Sequence record: DRR378314_35
Length of the DNA stretch: 41,928 nucleotides
Reading direction: 5' to 3' (one strand)
Positions 36,255 to 41,928 of this stretch are shown here, in pieces. Positions within the stretch are counted from its first letter, which is position 1. The number at the start of each line of letters is the position of its first letter. Both the position numbers and the translations under genes were made by a program. Below the pieces are notes generated by a model, which made no database searches, had not been told where the DNA came from, and saw nothing but the letters and a program-made list of their open reading frames with translations.

Positions 36255-38033
36255 TTGGAAACACTGTTAACACATATCGAATCCCCCGAAGACCTCAAAA
36301 ATATACCCTTGGATGAGTTGCCCCGACTTGCCCAAGAATTACGGGAGTTTATTATTGATATTGTTTCCACTAAAGAAGGACATTTAGGCGCAAGTTTAGG
36401 GGTTGTGGAACTCACCATTGCCCTGCACTATGTGTTCAATACCCCAGATGACAAATTTATTTGGGATGTGGGCCACCAAGCGTATGGACATAAAATTTTA
36501 ACAGGACGCAAGGAAATTTTTGAAACCAATCGTCAATTGGGCGGAATAAGTGGTTTTCCAAAACGAAGCGAAAGCAAATACGACGATTTTGGAACGGGTC
36601 ACAGTTCTACGGCCATATCAGCTATTTTGGGAATGGCAATGGCATCTAAATTAAAAGGTGATTTCTCCAGACAACATATTGCAGTGGTGGGCGATGCCTC
36701 CATTGCCAGCGGAATGGCCTTCGAAGGGCTTAACCATCTGGGGGTAACCAAGGTGAACGCACTCATTGTTTTAAACGACAATGCCATCGGAATAGATCCC
36801 AGTGTGGGGGCCTTGAAAAAGTATCTGACCAATGTTAAGGCCGGAACTGCCAAGGACGAGAATATTTTTGAATGTCTCAACCTCAACTACACCGGACCTA
36901 TCGATGGTCATGACGTAAAAGCGTTGGTTGCAGAATTAGAAAGACTAAAGAAAGTTGAAGGTCCGCGACTGCTCCATATCATCACCACAAAGGGAAAAGG
37001 GCTAAAACAGGCCGAAGAAGACCAAGTAGTATACCATGCCCCAGGAAAATTTGACAAAGCCACAGGAGAACGATTAAAAAAACCGGTACAGGTTGAACCA
37101 CCCAAATATCAAGATGTTTTTGGGCACACCATTGTGGAATTGGCCAAGAAAAATGAAAAAATTGTGGGAATCACCCCTGCAATGCCAAGTGGCAGCTCCC
37201 TCAAATTTATGATGGACCAAATGCCCGACCGTGCTTTTGACGTGGGCATAGCCGAGCAACACGCCGTTACTTTGGCCGCTGGGATGGCCACACAAGGCTT
37301 GGTTCCTTTTTGCAACATTTATTCCACCTTTTTACAAAGGGCCTACGATCAGGTAATCCATGATGTGGCCCTCCAAAAGCTTCCGGTAATTTTTTGTTTG
37401 GACCGTGCTGGTTTGGTGGGGCAAGATGGCCCTACGCACCATGGTGTTTTTGACATGGCGTTTTTGCGCTGCATCCCAAACCTTATCATTTTTGCCCCAA
37501 TGAACGAGATGGAACTGCGGAACATCATGTACACGGCCCAGCTGGGACTGGACAATCCCATTGCAATACGATATCCAAGGGGCCGGGGAGTGACCATTGA
37601 TTGGAAAAATGAGTTTGACCTTATTAAAATGGGTACTGGTCGATGCTTGAAGAAAGGTTCAAAAATTGCTGTGCTGAGCATTGGTCATATTGGCAACACT
37701 GTTTTAGAGCTTATCAAAAAATTGGATAGGCCCGAGGCGGTCGGACATTACGATATGCGTTTTGTAAAGCCATTGGACCACACCATACTTCGTACCATTT
37801 TTGTCGAATACGAACACATCATAACCATTGAGGATGGGGCGAAAATAGGAGGTTTTGGCACTGCCGTTCTCGAATTTGCCAACGCAGAAGGGCTATCAAA
37901 ACCCGTTAAAATTTTTGGAGTACCCGACCATTTTGTGCAACAGGGAACAATACCCGAGACCCATCAATTGGCTGGTATAGATTTTGATGCGCTACATTCA
38001 CACATACAATCAACCTTAGACCAATGCGAATAA
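36255..38033 (+). CDS. dxs: 1-deoxy-D-xylulose-5-phosphate synthase
   Basis: GHLGASLG, WDVGHQAY, GDA...NDN ThDP motif, IAEQHAV, DRAG, DGPTH; start set at TTG 36255, downstream of TACTTTTG (36236-36243). Confidence 0.95.
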   Translation: METLLTHIESPEDLKNIPLDELPRLAQELREFIIDIVSTKEGHLGASLGVVELTIALHYVFNTPDDKFIWDVGHQAYGHKILTGRKEIFETNRQLGGISGFPKRSESKYDDFGTGHSSTAISAILGMAMASKLKGDFSRQHIAVVGDASIASGMAFEGLNHLGVTKVNALIVLNDNAIGIDPSVGALKKYLTNVKAGTAKDENIFECLNLNYTGPIDGHDVKALVAELERLKKVEGPRLLHIITTKGKGLKQAEEDQVVYHAPGKFDKATGERLKKPVQVEPPKYQDVFGHTIVELAKKNEKIVGITPAMPSGSSLKFMMDQMPDRAFDVGIAEQHAVTLAAGMATQGLVPFCNIYSTFLQRAYDQVIHDVALQKLPVIFCLDRAGLVGQDGPTHHGVFDMAFLRCIPNLIIFAPMNEMELRNIMYTAQLGLDNPIAIRYPRGRGVTIDWKNEFDLIKMGTGRCLKKGSKIAVLSIGHIGNTVLELIKKLDRPEAVGHYDMRFVKPLDHTILRTIFVEYEHIITIEDGAKIGGFGTAVLEFANAEGLSKPVKIFGVPDHFVQQGTIPETHQLAGIDFDALHSHIQSTLDQCE

Positions 38034-39082
38034 ATTGTTTTTTAATTCTTTTTCTCACCGTTTTTCTATCTGCCAATGCACAGGTAACTCAATTAAAAGC
38101 CTTTGAAATTGATAGCACCAATGGCAACTTTAAAATAATTCGCATTAAAGATGTGAAATTGAAATATTTGACCAGAAATGCGAAACTAACCGACCCACGA
38201 ACGGTTTTGAACAAAGTTAAGCCCCTGAGCGTTTGGTACAAGCGGTTCAAGCCCACCTCTTTTTGGAAGAAGGTAAACAAATTTGGGCTTAACATTAGTG
38301 AAGTTGCTTTTGTAAACTGGAATGCCGGTGGCGATAATTCTGTTTCTGCACTGGCAAGCGCCGATTTTGTCAGAAATTACAAATTCCGATATTTAAGTTG
38401 GAACAACGAGGCTCAATTTCGATATGGTCTTAACGCACAAGAGGGGAGAAAGCTTCGGAAAACGGACGACCAGATTCGATTGTCCACCACCCTAAGTTTT
38501 AGAAGGGACACCATCACCAATTGGTACTATTCAGTAAAAGCAAATTTTAGGACACAATTTTCCAACGGTTATAAATATCCGGATAGGGAAAACCCGATTT
38601 CCAGATTTATGGCCCCGGGCTATTTATTTATGGGTGTCGGTACCTCTTACATTCCACCAAAGGACAAATTCAACCTTTATATCTCGCCTGCTACCATGAA
38701 ATCGACTTTTGTTTTGGATGAAGTGCTGTCCAATCAAGGTGCCTTTGGGGTCGAGGAAGGGGAAAATGTGTTTTTGGAACTTGGTTTTTTGATCACCAAT
38801 ACCTGGGAAACCGAAATTGCAAACAATGTGCTCATGAGCCATCGCCTCAACCTTTATACCGATTATTTACGGAGTTTCGGAAATATAGATGTGGATTGGG
38901 AATTGAATTTTAACCTAAAAGTAAACGAATATCTGAACGCCAACGTCGGCACCCACATCATCTATGATGATGACATTAAATTTGATGAGGAAATTGCTGA
39001 GGACGGAACGATAATAAGCCCTGGCGTCGCCAAAATCCAGTTTAAGCAGTTATTGGGAGTTGGGTTGCTCTATTCGTTTTAG
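38024..39082 (+). CDS. DUF3078-family outer membrane beta-barrel protein
   Basis: Signal ANA|Q; NWNAGG, RKTDD, RTQFSNGY, SRFMAPGY; C-terminal YSF. Confidence 0.85.
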   Translation: MRINCFLILFLTVFLSANAQVTQLKAFEIDSTNGNFKIIRIKDVKLKYLTRNAKLTDPRTVLNKVKPLSVWYKRFKPTSFWKKVNKFGLNISEVAFVNWNAGGDNSVSALASADFVRNYKFRYLSWNNEAQFRYGLNAQEGRKLRKTDDQIRLSTTLSFRRDTITNWYYSVKANFRTQFSNGYKYPDRENPISRFMAPGYLFMGVGTSYIPPKDKFNLYISPATMKSTFVLDEVLSNQGAFGVEEGENVFLELGFLITNTWETEIANNVLMSHRLNLYTDYLRSFGNIDVDWELNFNLKVNEYLNANVGTHIIYDDDIKFDEEIAEDGTIISPGVAKIQFKQLLGVGLLYSF

Positions 39083-40443
39083 ACCTTTCTTCCTGTAAGT
39101 TTATCGTGGATGTGCACCGCTGCACTATCGGACAAGCTGGCCACAAAACAACTCGTGTCCAACAATATTTTATAGATTGAGCTATCCGTGTTCCTATAAT
39201 TTTCCGGTAAACTTTTAATGAGCAATCGGTCATAATTGGTATCCTCTCCCTCCTTTACGTTGATTAGGGCCGTGGTGTACATATCCAACAAATCCGAAAT
39301 AATACGGTATCCCGCCAGTTCTTTGTCTACCACTTCGGTGGATTGATAGATTTTCTCCACACTCAACTTGATGATATCGGCCACCTGTGCTTTGTATTTA
39401 CCTTTGTCGAGCAGGGAAACATCAAACTCACCATTTAGGATTTGATCTTCATTTTTTACAAAAACATCCACGGCATCACCTATCAAAGTGCTAATGGCAA
39501 GTGCCCTCAAATAACTCAATCTGTCACTTGAGGTGGTCATGGCATTGTATTTTTTGGTGTTGATGTTATCCTTCACCAAATTGATGAGATACTCCAACGC
39601 ATATTCCTCCGGAATCAATCCCAAATTAATGCCGTCCTCAAAATCGATGATGGTATAGCAAATATCATCGGCTGCCTCTACCAAATACGTTAATGGATGT
39701 CTCAAAAACCCTGTTTTAGGATGATTTGGGTTGGGCAACAGACCAATTTCTTCCACGAGTTCATGGAAAAACTCCTTTTCGGATTGAAAATAGCCAAATT
39801 TTTTATCCGCAATGTTTTTCGACGGTTTCTTGGGTAACGATCCCTTTGGATATTTTATAAAGGCGCCCAAGGTGGCATAACTTAACCGGAGACCTCCCGG
39901 AACTCCTTCACGCGATTCGGTCAATAATTTAAAGCCGTTGGCATTCCCCTCAAAATCAATGAGATCTTGATATTCTTCAGGGCTCAGCTCATTCTTGTAT
40001 TGCTTTCCTTTGCCTTGTTTAAAATAATTGCCAATGGCTTTCTCCCCGCTATGTCCAAAGGGAGGGTTGCCAATATCGTGGGCAAGGGCCGCTGCGGCCA
40101 CAATAGCTCCAAAATCGTTAAAATGATGTCCGTGTACTTCGGACAAAAATGGGTATTTGGTCAAGATCTGCTGTCCCGCAATTCGTCCAAGACTTCTTCC
40201 CACCACCGAGACCTCCATGCTGTGGGTTAGACGTGTATGCACAAAGTTTTTTTGGGAACCTACCGCTATAGGCATGGGAAACACTTGGGTTTTGTCCTGC
40301 AAACTTCTAAAAGCGGATGAAAAAATGATTCGGTCATAATCTACCTCAAACCCCAAACGGGTCTCGTTCTGTTCCTTTCGTAATCGTTTTCCTGTATCTC
40401 CGTGTCGTTTTAAAGAGAGTAACTGCTCCCAGTTCATGGCCAT
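39079..40443 (-). CDS. dgt: Deoxyguanosinetriphosphate triphosphohydrolase (HD superfamily)
   Basis: FRSLQDKTQV, HTRLTHS, AHDIGNPPFGHSGE, FEGNA, EAADDICY; start at 40443 or 40437. Confidence 0.93.
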   Translation of the reverse strand: MAMNWEQLLSLKRHGDTGKRLRKEQNETRLGFEVDYDRIIFSSAFRSLQDKTQVFPMPIAVGSQKNFVHTRLTHSMEVSVVGRSLGRIAGQQILTKYPFLSEVHGHHFNDFGAIVAAAALAHDIGNPPFGHSGEKAIGNYFKQGKGKQYKNELSPEEYQDLIDFEGNANGFKLLTESREGVPGGLRLSYATLGAFIKYPKGSLPKKPSKNIADKKFGYFQSEKEFFHELVEEIGLLPNPNHPKTGFLRHPLTYLVEAADDICYTIIDFEDGINLGLIPEEYALEYLINLVKDNINTKKYNAMTTSSDRLSYLRALAISTLIGDAVDVFVKNEDQILNGEFDVSLLDKGKYKAQVADIIKLSVEKIYQSTEVVDKELAGYRIISDLLDMYTTALINVKEGEDTNYDRLLIKSLPENYRNTDSSIYKILLDTSCFVASLSDSAAVHIHDKLTGRKV

Positions 40444-40524
40444 TGATTTGCAGCGAAGATATAGGAAAAGAAGAACCTATTTCAAACCCAAGGAAAATAT
40501 TGATATTTTTGACACCGAATTTGG

Positions 40525-40542
40525 TAACATTTTATTAACCTT
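40525..40542 (+). promoter_or_regulatory. Putative Pho box upstream of phosphate transporter
   Basis: TAACATT-N4-TAACCTT (11-bp period). Confidence 0.6.
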
Positions 40543-40584
40543 ATTGCGGATTTATAATGTCATTTTTGTCATATTTCTGAAAGA

Positions 40585-41928
40585 ATGGGTGAGAATATCT
40601 ATATTTTTATGGTTATTGCCTTAGGCATTTTGGCAATTACTGATTTGGTAGTCGGTGTAAGCAATGATGCGGTCAATTTTTTGAATTCCGCTTTAGGGTC
40701 CAAGGCGATATCCTTTAAGACCATAATGATTGTTGCCAGTATTGGAATTGCTTTTGGCGCCATGTCCTCCAGTGGAATGATGGAAGTCGCACGAAAAGGT
40801 ATTTTTAACCCCTCAGAATTCGTGTTCGCCGAAATCATCATCATTTTTATGGCGGTGATGATTACGGATGTATTACTTCTAGATTTTTTCAACACTTTGG
40901 GAATGCCCACCTCCACCACCGTGTCCATTGTTTTTGAATTACTTGGGGCTGCTGTGGCCATTGCTTTAGTAAAAGTAGCGAATGATGGTGGAGGAATAGA
41001 TGCCTTAGGCAGTTATATCAATACTGGGAAAGCAACCGAGATTATTGTTGGAATATTGCTTTCGGTAGCAATTGCTTTCACTATCGGTGCAATTGTTCAG
41101 TTTTTATCAAGATTGCTGATTTCTTTTAAGTTCCAGGAACAACCCAAGTGGATAGGTTCCATTTTTGGAGGTTTCGCCATTACAGCCATTATTTATTTTA
41201 TTTTGGTAAAAGGCCTTAAAAGTGCTGAATTTTTGAACGGTGCAATCACGGAATATGCTGCTACAAAAACCGAACTCTTTCTTTTGGCAAATTTTGTTTT
41301 GTGGAGTCTGGTTTCATGGATTCTGACCTCAGTTTTCAAGAAAAATATTTATAGAATTATCATTGTTTTGGGGACGTTTGCCTTAGCTATGGCTTTTGCC
41401 GGAAACGACTTGGTCAATTTTATCGGAGTACCCATTGCTGCATTGCAATCGTTCCAAGATTGGCACGCATCAGGAGTAGCTGCAACAGATTATTCCATGG
41501 GCGGATTGGCTGAAGCAGTTCGTACACCTACCTATTTATTGCTTATCTCTGGTTTAGTTATGATCGTTACGCTTTGGCTATCCACTAAAGCGCGTTATGT
41601 CACCGAAACAGAAATTAATTTGGCACGCGAAGGTGATGGCGAGGAACGTTTTCAACCCAATTATTTGTCCCGTCAAATAGTTAAGTTTTCCATTGCAGCG
41701 TTTGATAGCATTTCCAACGTTTTCCCTGTCAATACGAAAGAAAAGTTCAACACTAGGTTCACAAAGCCCAACAACTATGTTCTTAAAGGAAAAACGCAAG
41801 ATCAACCTGCTTTTGATATGGTAAGGGCTTCCGTAAATCTAATGGTGGCGAGTGTCCTTATATCCATTGCCACTTCAATGAAGTTACCACTGTCCACTAC
41901 CTATGTAACCTTTATGGTGGCCATGGGT
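40585..41928 (+). CDS. Inorganic phosphate transporter (PiT/PHO4 family), runs off window end
   Basis: Manual translation from ATG 40585: MGENIYIF...VGVSNDAVNFLNSALGS; GMPTSTT; AFAGNDLVNFIG; LPLSTTY. Absent from the ORF track because it has no stop in the window. Confidence 0.92.
   Translation, partial: MGENIYIFMVIALGILAITDLVVGVSNDAVNFLNSALGSKAISFKTIMIVASIGIAFGAMSSSGMMEVARKGIFNPSEFVFAEIIIIFMAVMITDVLLLDFFNTLGMPTSTTVSIVFELLGAAVAIALVKVANDGGGIDALGSYINTGKATEIIVGILLSVAIAFTIGAIVQFLSRLLISFKFQEQPKWIGSIFGGFAITAIIYFILVKGLKSAEFLNGAITEYAATKTELFLLANFVLWSLVSWILTSVFKKNIYRIIIVLGTFALAMAFAGNDLVNFIGVPIAALQSFQDWHASGVAATDYSMGGLAEAVRTPTYLLLISGLVMIVTLWLSTKARYVTETEINLAREGDGEERFQPNYLSRQIVKFSIAAFDSISNVFPVNTKEKFNTRFTKPNNYVLKGKTQDQPAFDMVRASVNLMVASVLISIATSMKLPLSTTYVTFMVAMG

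Noticed and set aside
39079-40443. dGTPase as an anti-phage nucleotide-depletion system
   Set aside because: Sits among housekeeping genes with ordinary composition and no defence neighbours; most simply the core dgt.

Overview
Chromosomal window from a Bacteroidota (Flavobacteriaceae-like, probably marine) genome. This is supported by TAnnTTTG promoter elements, the lack of Shine-Dalgarno sites and signal peptides cleaved before Gln. Gene order: end of feoB plus its Cys-rich partner; an ECF sigma/ZAS-HEAT anti-sigma/2x DUF4097 operon containing a REP-like element; small conserved genes; a large Asp-box (VPS10/BNR) protein; a metal-homeostasis cluster (His-rich leader ORF, CzcA fused to an outer-membrane factor, CzcB, facing ZIP and MntR/DtxR, with a divergent TonB-dependent receptor); an AT-rich orphan HEPN-like gene; lycopene cyclase and polyprenyl synthase; a second ECF module; a TetR-TolC-MFP-RND pump; a MORN-like secreted protein; aspS, ClC, csp, tadA, dxs, DUF3078, dgt and a partial PiT phosphate transporter. 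No rRNA, tRNA, CRISPR or transposase was seen. The best candidate new system is at the czc locus. A secreted His-rich upstream ORF ends in an arrest-like FQPPK motif, and its stop region can base-pair with the czcA start codon, suggesting a SecM/MifM-like metal-sensing switch. It precedes an RND-OMF polyprotein that carries an internal, Q-rule signal peptide. Also notable are 11-bp-periodic TAACATT boxes shared by the PiT gene and the MORN-like gene, and a ClC lacking its gating glutamate. Family calls come from motif recognition, not database searches.
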